Positions 46,801 to 60,090 are shown, counted from the first letter of the whole stretch. The stretch: 63,744 nucleotides of DNA, filler included, from Rhabdomonas costata (GCA_019059605.1; 51 parts of 51 records of this genome joined end to end with filler, not necessarily neighbours in it), one strand, 5' to 3'. The notes: generated by a model not told the origin, from the letters alone. A program made the numbers and translations.

Positions 46801-49800
46801 TGCGTGCTGTGACCGGTGGGCGGTTAGGCCGATCTTTTGGTGGCGCATTTGACGACGAAAGATGGGTATGTTGGTGGGGTCTTCGAAGCAGCAGCAGTAG
46901 CAGGGGGTCCGAACTGCCATGACGCATACATGGACAAAGAGGCTGCTTGGTTTCGGCCGTTGCATAGAGAAAAGAGAAAGAGAGATCCGAGGTAAGTCCC
47001 GAGGCTCGCTGTCTTGCACTTGAAACGTCCATTCGTACCGCGACGCTTACCTCACTTTGAGTTTCCGCACACCCGCTCATCTTGAAATGACACCGCACCG
47101 TACATGGTAAACCGTCGTAAACTCAGCACAACCAATAGAAACCATATGCCGCAGGGTCGCCAGAAAACAACAGCTTGTGAAGAACCTAACCTTTTCCAGC
47201 CGTATCTTTGTTCAGCAATACTCACGCACACAAATTCTCGGCTGCGTTTCCTCACTCAGACGCCGCCAGAAAGAAAAACCTAATCACCGGGACCTGGAGA
47301 CTGCTGAATAACCCCAAGTCTGTCTTTGGAAGGGGAATCTGATCCCATGGATTGGCTCATCACGGTGGAACCTTGAACCCGCACCAGGCTCGCCACACTC
47401 CACAGCTCCTTCCCAGACTCAAAGAAAAAAGCCGCCACAGCAGCTGGCCACACAGCAGTTTGCGAAAACACCACNNNNNNNNNNNNNNNNNNNNNNNNNN
47501 NNNNNNNNNNNNNNNNNNTTAATTAATTAANNNNNNNNNNNNNNNNNNNNNNNNNNNNNNNNNNNNNNNNNNNNGGGGGGTGGGGGTGCTCTTTATCTTG
47601 TATCTCGAGATGAATTGAAAAGCTCGTGCTGGACTCACAGGGCTACGACTATTTCAGCTGTCTGACCTGCGGAGCGAAGTGGAAGCACTGGCGTCATTAG
47701 TTCTTTGATAAAATGAAACGGGGAGTTGGGATCGTGTGCGGTTACTGGGATGTGGAGAGGTGTAACTCGGGTGGCTTCTTTAGTCCGGAGAAGTCACTTC
47801 GGTCCTTTTTGTGTGGTGGTTGCTCTTTCGTTTCACCGAAAACAAAGAGCAAAAGGGGATATCTTCAGTAGAAACAAACCTGCACATGACAACATTGTAT
47901 CAAAGCCTCATGTGCGGCCGGTTTCTGTCCCCGGTCTTCGTTTTCTGCGCTCTGTGTTTCGAGCCACAGCCCGTAAATGCGCTGTGGGCACATGCGTTCT
48001 CTCTTTGGGGGTGGATTAGTAAGAAGTGCGAGAAGTGAAAGAGAAAGTCCTGACGCCTGCGTCGACACTTGTCCCATACTTCCTATTTTCCTATTTGGTG
48101 AGTCCAATCTCCTTCGCTTCCTGTGCAGGAAAGGTGCGCTCATAAAGCTGTGATAACCCCCACCTCGGAGGGTCTGCGTCCAAACTGCAACCCCCGTCAA
48201 CCTATCATTCTTGCCTGTGCTTTTTTTCGGCTTTTTTTTTGGGGGGGGGGGTTCACTCGTGTGGTGGAACATCCTTCTGACCTTTTTCCTCTGTCGTACC
48301 TTTCGTGAGCGGCTCGTCCCCGTTGGACCGCTAGGTCACCCAAACCCCATCGAAGCCCAACCTCCCCACCATCGCCCAAGTTCCGCGTTTTTTTCCGTTC
48401 TTCACGGCAGGTGCCCTGTCACATCCCCTCCACGGCCAGTCCTACTTTACCAAACTGACAGTGTCCATGCCCTCCATCCTCCTTGCATCACTGAGGTCCT
48501 TCCGAAGTCTTGATGCAGCACGTCCTGGGGAGTTTCGTACACCGCTGGGAATCCGTTGTGTGTCGGCCGTGTCTGAATTCTCTTCCTCCTCTTACAGCGC
48601 AGGAGGAAGGGATGAAAATGTATTGTTTCTCTCGCTCGCTCTCTCGTTCTCTCTGCGTGTCGCTCTCTCGTTCACTCTGCGTGACCGAATGGCCCGGGTT
48701 GATCATATTTTTGACGAAACCCAACANNNNNNNNNNNNNNNNNNNNNNNNNNNNNNNNNNNNNNNNNNNNTTAATTAATTAANNNNNNNNNNNNNNNNNN
48801 NNNNNNNNNNNNNNNNNNNNNNNNNNTGGTGTGTTTGGTGTGTGGGTCTACCCCTTCCCTTGAGTGCCCGCAGTCCCCCAAGTGTCCTCGTTCCCACTGG
48901 TAACCCCTCCGTTGCCTCGGGCGCGACCTCCCCAGTGGCCCCGGCGGGGACCCCACGAAGGATCATCTACTGAGCCGAAGCAGCGGGCGTCAGCGAAGCA
49001 GACGGAACGGAGGGAAGGGCGAAGGGTCGAATGTGTTGCTGCTTAGATGGGTGGGACCTTCGTTGGCTGTAGATAATGGTGTGCTCCCTGGGCGAAGGGA
49101 GGATGTGTAATTCTTCCTGGTGGATGTGGATGATATGGATTTTTTTCGTGCGCTTGCGCGGTTTTTTGTACAGGGTGTGTTCTCTTGTAGAGACCAGGAT
49201 TTCGTACAACACTGACCAGGATTTCGTACAACACTCGCTCGTGACGTACGTTTGTGTCGCTGTACAGCGCAGGTTTACTCCTTTGATGGGGAGGGGGAGG
49301 GGCGCGTGTCCGCCGAAGCGAAATGCGCGGGTTAAGATGTCCTTGCAAACAGCGCCGTGCACCTTGTTCGAAACAGGTCCCCATTGAGCACCGTCCACCT
49401 CCATCTCATTTCGTTAAGTTTAGGCTTTGTCAGAGTATAAGATCTCAATGGCCGGTTGCATCGGAAGTAAAGTGTGACGTACCACACCCACTCTAGGTGA
49501 ACCTTCGCACCCGCACCGTATTCTTTCGGCCACCTAAGAGAAGCAGAGGCGCGCGAAAGCGCTGCTATCGGGACCTCCTATGGATGCACTTATTTTGAGC
49601 TCCTTTGGCGGTAGCTTGTTTGTGTGTCTTCCAAAGGTACCTGGATACGCGCGTGCGAAACATGCCCACTGGATCGTGCACAGTGCTCAAGCATGCAAGG
49701 TAGGCCCGTGGGAGTTGCAAACCCACATTTTTTTGTGAAACTTTCTCTCCTCTGACCTTTGATGTGGCCCTGCCCAGTCTGTTGTTACCACTTTTCCCTC

Positions 49801-50230
49801 CCTTCTCTTTTCTCCTTCTTGTTGGCGGGACGTTGCAGTGGAGCTTGCGCTCCTTCCCGTTGGCTACCTGAATGGCTACTGCAATCCGCTCGTGGCTGCA
49901 GAACACCCTCTCCCCACACGCCACCAACGATGAGACGGGTATCAACCCCCGGCAGCAGGTGCTCCACAAACCCCCNNNNNNNNNNNNNNNNNNNNNNNNN
50001 NNNNNNNNNNNNNNNNNNNTTAATTAATTAANNNNNNNNNNNNNNNNNNNNNNNNNNNNNNNNNNNNNNNNNNNNGTTGGTTTGGCAAGTACAGGAAAAC
50101 CATGGGAAAACTTTGCCTGCTGCCTGATCTCCCTGTCGCTGTCGTGCATATGGCAAAGTTTTCCCATGGTTTTCCTGTACTTGCCAAACTGACCACACAA
50201 AACATCGGCTTGATTCGGGTTCTTGAACTT

Positions 50231-50286
50231 TGAATTGAATTGAATTGAATTGAATTGAATTGAAGTGAATTGAAGTGAATTGAATT
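50231..50286 (+). repeat. (TGAAT)n microsatellite
   Basis: About 11 TGAAT/TGAAG units. Confidence 0.95.
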
Positions 50287-50304
50287 TTGATCTGCCCGAC
50301 ATTG

Positions 50305-51227
50305 TACCGTGTTTCCCACATAAAATGTCCCAATATGATTTTTGAATAAAAATCATGATCTTGCCCCTTGGTCTTAGGTTGCGGAGGGGTTGGATGGTGT
50401 ACCTCTGGTGTGTCCTCAGCCGCGTGGTAAGCTTTAGGTCAGCAAATGTACTAAAAATGCAAAGGGGAGCGGGAAGCAAATACAGCAGATTGGAGATCAG
50501 AATGCTTCAGCGACAGGACAGCACGCCCTCGAAAGGCGGCGACCGTACGGGATGAGCGAAGACAGTAGCCTTTACTTGGTCCCACAGGAAGAAGTCCAGG
50601 GGCGAGAGGTCCGGTGACCGAGACGGCCACACCGAATCCCCTTTGGAAAGCAGTTTCCCAGGGAAAACGCTGTGAAGGCGGGCCAATACCTCACGAATTG
50701 TGTGGGGACTGGCTGGTTCCATGTTGCTGGAACTAGACCCGGTGTTGGGGAATGTGACGGCGGCATAAAGCCGGAACAAGGAAACATGCCGGGGTCCAGT
50801 CACAGTTACAGCCCTTCCCCGGGACTGGAAAAAGTAGGGGCCAAGTATTCCTCGTGAAGATAGACCACCACACACAAACATGAGGTGATTGCTGGTCCAC
50901 GAGGGCGTGGGGGATTCTCGTCCCCCGTAGCCGGCAGTTGTGCTTATGGACTTGCCCGTTTAAGTAAAAATGGGCCTCGTCTGTAAAGAGCGCAGAGCGC
51001 CGGAAGGAGACACTGCCCCACTTGTCCAAGAGCCACCGACAAAATTGCAGCCGTTTGGCCCTATCCCCAGGACGCAGCCTTTGACCAAGCTGCATCTTGT
51101 AGGGGAAGAGCCGCAGCTGCTCTCGCAAAATACGGTGGACCCTGGACCGGCTCACTCCAGTCTTCATGCCTTCATGACCTCTCCAGCGCCCTCTGCCCTC
51201 AGACCTGGCCTGGAGCCCCACGCACAG
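50305..51227 (-). mobile_element. Tc1/mariner DNA transposon, inactivated DD~40D transposase, with probable right TIR and TA site
   Basis: HTH GVSRSRVHRIL, LFTDEAHFYLNG, degraded FQQ(D>H)G, WPSRSPDLSPLDFFLW; frameshifts and a TAG; candidate end TA|CCGTGTTTCCCACATAAAATGTCCC at 50305-50331 (+). Confidence 0.9.
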
Positions 51228-51836
51228 NNNNNNNNNNNNNNNNNNNNNNNNNNNNNNNNNNNNNNNNNNNNTTAATTAATTAANNNNNNNNNNNNNNNNN
51301 NNNNNNNNNNNNNNNNNNNNNNNNNNNGGGGTGCAGCCTTGCTGCCCCTTGTGCCGCCAGTGCTGAGGGGGACGGGTGAGGGCGCCCCTCTGAGGGCCTT
51401 ATAAGCGTCTGGTGTGTGGGAATGGAAGAACGTCGCCTGTGCGCTGCCGATGGTTCGTGGAAGAATGGCAGTCCTTCGATGTTCGCGGGGAATTAAATGG
51501 AACGGAAAATGAAGCGCTGTGGGTTTGTTATTCAAGTCATGGAAACACAAAAGGGGGTTTATATTGGAGGTATGCGTACTTCGGAAGTGATCCTGCTTTC
51601 GTTCGTTGTGGCGTCGCCATGGGGTTCTGTGTCCTTTGTGTCCTTTTATTCTCGTCAACGGTGGTGAATGCAGTGACGCCACTGTGTCGAACTTTATTTG
51701 GTCCGCTTATTCTTCGCGCTTTTACAGGGGGTTGGCATTTCTCTATAGCCCTGCCCCTGTCCAATGGCCATGTGGGATTGAGTCGATCGGTCGTGCGTTC
51801 CTTTCCTTTTTCCTTGTGGAGAGTTGTGCTGCCACA

Positions 51837-52410
51837 ATGGAGCTGGGCGCAGACGACGCCAGCGTTTCGCGGGGTGGTGCTGCGCCGTGGCCAGACGTAA
51901 AGATGATGGAGCCCTACACCACGCACCATGTGTGGTGGGAGCCTGTGTACATTCATTATTCTGAGCTCACCGAGGTTACACTTTGCCATGCAACACTGCA
52001 ACGTTCGTCGCTGTTGTCCGTTGTGAATGCGGCAGAAGAGGCTGTGGTGGTGAGCCACTCGGCCACGGTGGCCCAGAGTTCACCTTCACTCTCGGTTAAG
52101 GACCCGTGTGTGTTGCACAATGATGAGCCCAGCAACCCTGCATGTACCCCTGCCCCACCTGCAACTGAGGTAGTCGTTCGGGATCGGGATGTAGCTTGTG
52201 TCTCCAGCCGCGCTTTTAGAGTCCGGCACGAGGCTGCCCTGCTTGAGGTGGTGGAGCTGGAAGTTGTCTCCGTGCACCCCGCTCGCACTGTAACCGTGCC
52301 AGCGGAGTGCGACGATACCCGCAGTGAAGCAGGTTCTGAGATGCCATGCGTCTCCGCCATCGGGCCGCTTCCGCCTTGCAGCCCGTACCCCACCTGTGCA
52401 GGACCAGAGG
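51837..52410 (+). CDS. Unknown protein, long open frame
   Basis: ATG after pyrimidine tract/AG; ~190 open codons MELGADDASV...; no family recognised. Confidence 0.4.
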
Positions 52411-52820
52411 GGGAGGAAAGAGGAAGAAAGGGGGGAAAGAGGGGGAAGGAAGAAAAAAAAAAAAAAAAAAAAAAAAAAAANNNNNNNNNNNNNNNNNNNN
52501 NNNNNNNNNNNNNNNNNNNNNNNNTTAATTAATTAANNNNNNNNNNNNNNNNNNNNNNNNNNNNNNNNNNNNNNNNNNNNGGGGTAGGGCAGTTGTTGTT
52601 CCGGGAATGAAAGAATGCAAGACGAACTGGCACCGCACTGCTTTCATGCCAGAGACGCAAGCACGAAGTCGCATCTTGTGACGGAGAATGTGGCTGAAAG
52701 ATAGCAGTCCCGCTCCTAAAAAAGTTTGAGGGTTGAGGGATGGGGTTGGCTTCATATCATTAAGGTCTGTTTGAGTGCAGGTCCGCAGGCAAGCCCCCCC
52801 TGTAAACTCCCGTTATGCAG

Positions 52821-53168
52821 CTGCAAGTCACCTGTGCTCAGGTCTTTCCGAAGTTGCGGGCGCTGTTTGCGGCGTTGGCTTCGGTGGATGGCTCATTGCT
52901 GCACTTCCTCTTTGTGGGCAGTTTCATTGAGGCGCCCTTTCAATACGGTGTGCATTTGAACACAGGGCACAAAGAAAACGAAATGGATAGATCTGCGTTT
53001 GCAACCCCCCCCCCCCGTCCTATCCACTTGTGGTTGACCTCATGTGCAGGTTGTTTGCTGAGACAGGGTGTTCCAAGGTTGCAGCGGCGCAGTCAATTGC
53101 CCAGTGGTACTTCCCGTTGGTGGGGGGATTGGGCGGCGATAATTATCGGCAGCATTTGTTCGACCGCT
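52821..53168 (+). CDS. Membrane protein, possibly CPBP/Abi (CAAX protease)-like, 2 exons
   Basis: Exons 52821-52947 and 53050-~53168 give LFVGSFIEAPFQYGCLLRQGVPRL...WAAIIIGSICSTA, loosely like the EExxFRGxL...WxAxxxSS pattern. Confidence 0.35.
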
Positions 53169-53832
53169 GTACCCACTGTCATTGCTCCCGAACAAGCACT
53201 GGGACAGAGCAGGGGAGATGGAAGAGCGGGAGAATGGGCAAAGGATGCTGGTGAAATCGGAGATAGGCTCTTCCTTTGTAGTTGTGTGTGTGCTGTGTAG
53301 CTGTGTGTGTGTGTGTGATGTGTACGGTGCCGCGGGGCTGTCCTCGGGTTGTGGATGCCTCTGTAGACCAATGTTTTGGGGAGAGGGGAGGGAAAGGTCT
53401 GCACCTTGGCTAGCAGGATCACAAATGAGATCGCAGTAAAGATAGATTCATTTACTTTTTATTGGGGGAAGGGGGGCATTAAGTGCTAAGCCGAAGCAGG
53501 CTTGAGGTCTTTTGTACATACAGTGGGCCCTTGGGGTCAGAATTTCTGTCCTTTCCCCCAGGCCGGTTGTGTTGCCCCTTGGTGGCTCTTTCGTATCCAT
53601 TTTGCGCCTCTTCTTGCCCCACGCAGCGGAGGGTTTACGATAGCAGTCACAGCGTATTTACAAAAAAAATCCACCCACCCCTCATCCCGCGCCGAACGAG
53701 GGCCAGGCAAATGGCTAGAAGCCACCTGAAGCNNNNNNNNNNNNNNNNNNNNNNNNNNNNNNNNNNNNNNNNNNNNTTAATTAATTAANNNNNNNNNNNN
53801 NNNNNNNNNNNNNNNNNNNNNNNNNNNNNNNN

Positions 53833-54129
53833 GGTGTGGTGTACCTGGACTGGGACCTCTTCGAAGATTTTATCATGGACCGTCCCGCGCTTGCGCGCTT
53901 TGTGGTGGGGGCGCTCAACCTTTTGGACGACGCATGGAGCCTCTGCGGGCAGGTTGCCCGAGTGGCACGGGTCAATTGCGTTCCCGTGGAGAACGAGCGC
54001 TTCCTATGGCACCAGCGGTGGCGAATCAAGTACGTCCGCAAGGTGCCGACGGCGGCCACGATCGCATCCACTAAGACCAGTGCCCGAGCCTCGACTCGTG
54101 TGCAAAGTCAGCGCTTCCTTCCACACTGA
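53833..54129 (+). CDS. Exon of unknown protein (possibly terminal)
   Basis: High-GC3 frame VYLDWDLFEDFIMDRPALARF...WHQRWRIKYVRK; ends either at a GT donor (54043) or at TGA 54127-54129. Confidence 0.5.
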   Translation, partial: GVVYLDWDLFEDFIMDRPALARFVVGALNLLDDAWSLCGQVARVARVNCVPVENERFLWHQRWRIKYVRKVPTAATIASTKTSARASTRVQSQRFLPH

Positions 54130-54556
54130 GAAGGGTGTTGTATTAATAGTTTTTTTGTGCTTCTTTTTTTTTAGCACTGCTTTTCTTGTACCAGTCTGCT
54201 GGTGGTTCGGGTGTATGCTCATTCCTTTTTTTCGTTACATTTTTTGACTGTGGCCTTTGGAAACTGAAATGAGACACGACTCAGCGATAAAAGATGGCAA
54301 AGATGGCCAAGATGTTATTGAAATAGAAACGTTGCTGTTGACATGCTCACGAAACTACGAAGGAAGCGAGCCATGCTGGCGAGCTTCCCTTGGATTATGC
54401 ACTTGAATTGCATGTCCAGGTCGGCATGAATTTTTTATGAAGCGGGTGCGGGAGTCTGGATACAGAGCAAAACCAGAAGCATGCTGACGTCTGTATTTGC
54501 TTCCAGAAATGATGGTTGTTTTTCTTTCTTGTTCCCTCCCTTTCGGCCAGTGAGGC

Positions 54557-54908
54557 ATGGCCGCCAGTGACACGTCTGGCACGGGCTCAGCCCCACAAGC
54601 ACAGGAACTCTCCGAAGTTGAGCGGGGCCTGCGCGAGCTTGCCGCCCTCTTGGCGAGTCCGTGCCCAGATGAGGAGGTTGTCCGTCGCAAATTCCGCTTC
54701 CTATTGGAACTCGTGCCGGAGCCCGCGGATGTGCCGCTAACGACCCAGTCAGCTCCTGGATGTCATCCTGTTGTGCAGCGCCAGGGTGCCAATGTTCACA
54801 GTCCCGGCGATGTGTCCCAAATTTCCAAGGAGTCGGTGTCTGTTCTTGTGTACGAGCCGGTGCTGGGTTGTGATGCTGTTGAACCGCAGCCGTTGAAGAA
54901 GCAAGAGG
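54557..54908 (+). CDS. Probable first exon of unknown protein
   Basis: ATG54557 after pyrimidine tract plus CAG; MAASDTSG...LKKQE then a GTACGA donor. Confidence 0.5.
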
Positions 54909-56394
54909 TACGAGCTCTTCCTGGTTTGCATTCGCTTCAAATCCCCTTGCTATAATGGCATCGGTCCAGCTTTAAAAACAACAANNNNNNNNNNNNNNNN
55001 NNNNNNNNNNNNNNNNNNNNNNNNNNNNTTAATTAATTAANNNNNNNNNNNNNNNNNNNNNNNNNNNNNNNNNNNNNNNNNNNNGGGTGGTGTGGCATGG
55101 CGCACCGCGCATTCCATTTGCTGTAATCAATTCACCTGTGTGAAGGTGCTCTGACGGTTGACCTGGACATCTGCGCGGTGCCAGGGCACTCCCGTGCTTG
55201 ACCGTGCCTGAAATTCTCTTCTTCTCCTTATTTTGGGGTGGAGGGAGGGCCTCAGATTGAGTCTGTGACTAAGCTGACGTCCTTCATTTTGAATCAGCCT
55301 GATCCGTGTTATACTTACCATATAAATTATCAATTATGCAGCCTGATTCCTGTGCGGAATGAACGGTATTTTCTGGGGAATGTTTCTCTGCTCACCAGAA
55401 TTTTGCCCCCCCAAATTGGGTAATGGATTTAACGAAACGCGAACCCCTTTTCACACATTTTCAGTTTTTTTGGTGGGGTGGACTTGGTCCTTGCGGATGT
55501 AATCTTCAAGCTTGCTAGCTTCTAAGACAAAGAAGAGATTAAAGAGAGAGAATAAACACTGAGAAATGCTTGTTGACACTTTGGGCCACATGCGAACGCG
55601 AGACGCAATCGTGGACCTGGATTTTTCTGCGACCTGGCTTCTCGAGTTAAGAGCGATTTGTGGACCGTTCCCCATTGTGCATCCTCTCCTTGAGAAGGTG
55701 AGGAGGAATGCACTTTTTGTTCCAGTCGGGTCAAGGGCACACACACTCACTTTCCCTATTCGGTCAAAAAAAACTTTCTCTTTCTTCTCAAGCGTCCCTA
55801 TTTTCCATCCGGACAATGGACTCGGGGCTTTCACCATACTGCGCACGAACTGGGGGTTGCTGCCTGCACTGCCCTGTGTCCTGCGAGGAAGAAGTCGGAA
55901 GCCCCAATGATGCAGAGGGGGCCCTTTTTGAGGGAGGCGAGGATACCGCTGCCGCTGGGAAGGAGCGTGCTTGACAGCAGCGTCGGCAGTGTGAAACCCA
56001 ATCTCTAGTGTAGATACCCCAACAATCATCAGCGTTTTGGTCCAGCTCACGCTACATGGTCGTCATGGTTTTTTTTGTGCTGAGCTTCGTGGTTGGTAGG
56101 AAGCCAGGCTGCAGTGGGGGTGGCTGTGGCTGGAAGTTGCCGGGGCGATGAGACGATTGGGGCAAAGCGGAAAGCAAGTTTTTTGGAGGGTTCCATCACC
56201 CCCCCCCCCTGCTACAAACCTCCTCACACCAACCNNNNNNNNNNNNNNNNNNNNNNNNNNNNNNNNNNNNNNNNNNNNTTAATTAATTAANNNNNNNNNN
56301 NNNNNNNNNNNNNNNNNNNNNNNNNNNNNNNNNNTTGTTGTTTGCTGTAGCAAGAAAAATAGGGGCAGGAGTGCGGTGTGTGGCTGCCGCGTGT

Positions 56395-56580
56395 TTCCGC
56401 AATGCATACCGGAGTTAGTCCTTTTACTATCCCAAAAAGACAATGCATTGGACCCTGTGGTGTACCTTAAGTGTTAGAAAGCATTGCAGCACCTTATTGA
56501 GTTTCAGAAGTGTCTGACGTATGATAGGAATAATTTGAAAATCGAGCTTGCGAAGTGGACAGTCGCGGACCTCATGGCTC
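56395..56580 (+). mobile_element. Possible non-LTR retrotransposon C-terminal CCHC remnant
   Basis: MHTG...RQCIGPCGVP*VLES/(frameshift)LQHLIEFQKCLTY gives Cx3C...ES..HL...C. Confidence 0.35.
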
Positions 56581-58838
56581 TCAATTGTGACACATCACCC
56601 ACGTTATTTCTCTCATTCAGCTCGCAGCATCGTTCTCTCTTCAAAGTTGGCTCCAACATTTTGGTTACGCACACTCAAGGTTTTCTCGTTTAGGGTGTGT
56701 GTGTGTGTATGCGTGTGCGTGTCGTTGTTGCACCCTTCTAGACATCCCACTCCTCCGCTGAACTGGACAGCAGGCGCGCAGAGTGTGGCCCCCATGGAAG
56801 GGGTGGGTCTGACCGTGATGGCTCCCGCGGAGTTGGTGTGTGGGCTTACTCTGGAGCGGCGTCCCTTCACCACAAGCTTCAACGCCTTGGACTATGCCCT
56901 GCGGTTTACGGCGACCGGGTACATACCAAAGGCGAAGGGGTAGGTGAGTGGTTAATGAGCAGCTGAGGCGAAAATGGCAAGGACTTTCACCGTGGTCACG
57001 TTTCAGTCTCGAGTCATATTCCTGCAGATTGTTTTTGAAGCAGACGGGAAATAGCAGTGGCTGTCGGTGACCTGAGCTTATCCTGTTTGGAGATCTGCTC
57101 AAGCGACTGGTTTGACGCCATCTCCTTCTCTTGCGCCAATTAGGGGTCCTTGGCCTCCACGTGTTGGAAAAGCAGAAGCCAGGCGAGGCTAATTTCGCTG
57201 CACAGTCCCAAATTCCCCCCCCCCGAAAAATTCGTGTTATCCAAGGCACAATAACAAACCGAATTTTTTATAAAAAAATATTTGGCATAACTTTCGCAGT
57301 GACCCTTTTTCTAGGGGACACGGGCAAGGCTTCCTAACCCCCTGCGAGAAGAAATATCTTGTCCTATGGGACACCACAACCTTTCAGCCACTCCCGAAGG
57401 TTTTTTCATCATTGCAGAGATCCAAGACAACATAAATTGTCAGAGGTCCAAGACATCATAAATTGTCAACATGAGTAACAAAAACANNNNNNNNNNNNNN
57501 NNNNNNNNNNNNNNNNNNNNNNNNNNNNNNTTAATTAATTAANNNNNNNNNNNNNNNNNNNNNNNNNNNNNNNNNNNNNNNNNNNNGTGTGGTGGGTGTC
57601 ATAGTGGGACACGTCGCTGAGTTGTGAACACATAATGTAGTGTTGTAGATGTGGGTGTCAGAAAGAAGCTTCACCGATGTTGCATCAATGCCACATCATT
57701 CTCGAAGTGCTCTCACTCCTTGTGCCGGTGTTACGCTTTGTGTTACGCCTCACTTTAATGTGGTGAATTGGCAGTCGAGTTATTTTCACCGTGTTGGATT
57801 CACATCCCATGTTTACATTGGGTCGCCTACCCAGCACTATTAACACATCCCGTGTTGGTTAATTTCCACCACTGGAGGCTAAATTGACATACCGTGCGCA
57901 TGATAGATGTCACTCCTAGATCACATCCATCCACTACTAACGTATGAGCATCAGGGTATGAGTTACGCGCTACGTTGCATAGACTCACCTTGATGCCTGC
58001 TTCATCACGTGGTTCGTGTTAGCTTTGTCAGTGAAACGACTTCAACACAGGCGTTAAACTTTTGGACGTCTCCGTACTACTAAAAATGATCTATAGCCGA
58101 TACTTTTTGGAGCACGGAAGTAGAGACTGGTACATTAGTGGCATAGCCGTACGCAACCTTGTTGTTCTAAATGTATCACAATGGAAATGGTTCATTCTCT
58201 TGGACATCACGAGTGACGTCAAACACCAAACCCATAATCACCACACATACCAACATCCCCACCACCATAGTCATCCACATCCAACTCTCAGCATCCTCAC
58301 CACACACAGAACCCAAAGCCAATCCCACAGTCAACACCTCACCAACTCCACTCCAGCACCCAACATCCATCCACTCACCACAACCAGTACCACGTAAAGA
58401 GAGAGAGGAAACACACATAGCCAGCAACGCCACCAGACACACCCGGAACGCCAATCCCACAGTCACCACCACCCAAGCCACCGTACAACCCACAATGACC
58501 CACATGGAAAAGCCAACACCAACAATTCGCACACAAACCCAAACACCACAGTACACACGAAACTTAAAGCCAGCAATAGCAACACCATCAGCCCCAACCA
58601 CCATACAGCCCACCACACCCAAAGCCATCAGACCCAAAATCAGCACCACCACAAACCCGACCAACAAGGACACCAACCCCAACGTAAAACAGAACAAGGA
58701 TCCAAACAGCCCACAGACCACCAACGCAACAACCACACNNNNNNNNNNNNNNNNNNNNNNNNNNNNNNNNNNNNNNNNNNNNTTAATTAATTAANNNNNN
58801 NNNNNNNNNNNNNNNNNNNNNNNNNNNNNNNNNNNNNN

Positions 58839-59609
58839 GTTGGTTGTTACGCTCAGCTTCCGCTGAGCTCCTTCCCAGACATCTCCTTCCGCTTTGAAGG
58901 TCCTCCTCTTTGCCGCAGTAGATCCCTCCATGGGTTACAGTTAGGGCTGAATTCTGCTCGTGGGTCTCCTTCTAATTCAAGTTCGATGCGCAGCTATTTT
59001 CTCCGATGGTTGTGCTGAGGTTGCAGAGAGGTTTTTCGTCTCCGCGCCATTGCAAGAAATGAAACATTTGTAGTTCTGCAGAAGTTGGTGATGGTCTTCC
59101 TGACAGATGAAGAGGAGAACATCAGGAGGCGGTATGTGCTTCCGGAATCGAAGATTTCAAGTATATCGCGGTGGACACTTTGGGTTGGTTTAGAAAATTC
59201 TTCAAACATACAAGGTTACAAATTTGTAAATGCAAGCTAGTAGGTATGCACCTTGCGAAGAGCTCAATCCACCGGGCTCTCTCCCATTGTGTAGGTTTTG
59301 GTACCTGTGCACATCCACAGACGACAGACATATCCATGCGGGACAGGTGGGGGTCTCATTACCCTGCGGCCGGAGGACTACTTTGTCAGCCTGACCGTGT
59401 ACGGGGTGGTGTTCCGGTGCCTGGGTATCGGGCGCTCGGAGCAGTACAGCATCCTGGGCGAGGTCTTCACCAGCCGCCTGTACGTCATCTACGACCGGGC
59501 CCGCCGCCGCGTGGGTTTCGCGCCTTTTGCAGGGGCGGAGGAGCAGGAGCTGGGCATCTCGTGGTGGAACCAGGCCATCGCTGCCTTGGTGCTGCTCACC
59601 CTACTCTTG
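58839..59609 (+). CDS. Pepsin-family (A1) aspartic protease, C-terminal exons with transmembrane tail
   Basis: Exon to 58899 (FPDISFRFE) and exon 59347-59609 GGGLITLRPEDYF...CLGI...SILGEVFTSRLYVIYDRARRRVGFA...WWNQAIAALVLLTLLL. Confidence 0.9.
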
Positions 59610-60090
59610 GTGTGCACATGTGTGTGTGTTTGCGTCTAAAATTCTCACTCTTAATGTGAAGCGGGCAAGGTACCTTTTTCGTGTCACAAAACTCAAAAAT
59701 TGTTCGCGGGTAAACCTCCGTATTGGCTGTAAAGTGGCTTGTGGTGAACTGACTCCTTTGACTGCACAACGGCTCATTGTGGATGGATGTAGAGCTGAGC
59801 GGGGAGAGGTGCATTTGGGGATTATTTGTATTTTGTATGTTTCGCTTTTGTGGTGACTTCACCCGCTCACAAGCCTACCAGTCAGTACTCTCACATTGAT
59901 GCAGTGGAAGACATTGATGCAGTGGACTGCTGATGAAAGGTGAGAGTACTGACTGGTAGGCTTGTGAGCGGGTGAAGTCACCACAACACANNNNNNNNNN
60001 NNNNNNNNNNNNNNNNNNNNNNNNNNNNNNNNNNTTAATTAATTAANNNNNNNNNNNNNNNNNNNNNNNNNNNNNNNNNNNNNNNNNNNN

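Noticed and set aside
52452..52480. Poly(A) tail of a retrocopy
   Set aside because: No stop or 3' UTR precedes it and it sits at a contig end; equally a homopolymer assembly break.
58171..58738. Thr/Pro-rich mucin ORF and antisense Val/Gly-rich membrane ORF
   Set aside because: Both follow automatically from the A/C skew (few stops possible); no splice signals or homology.
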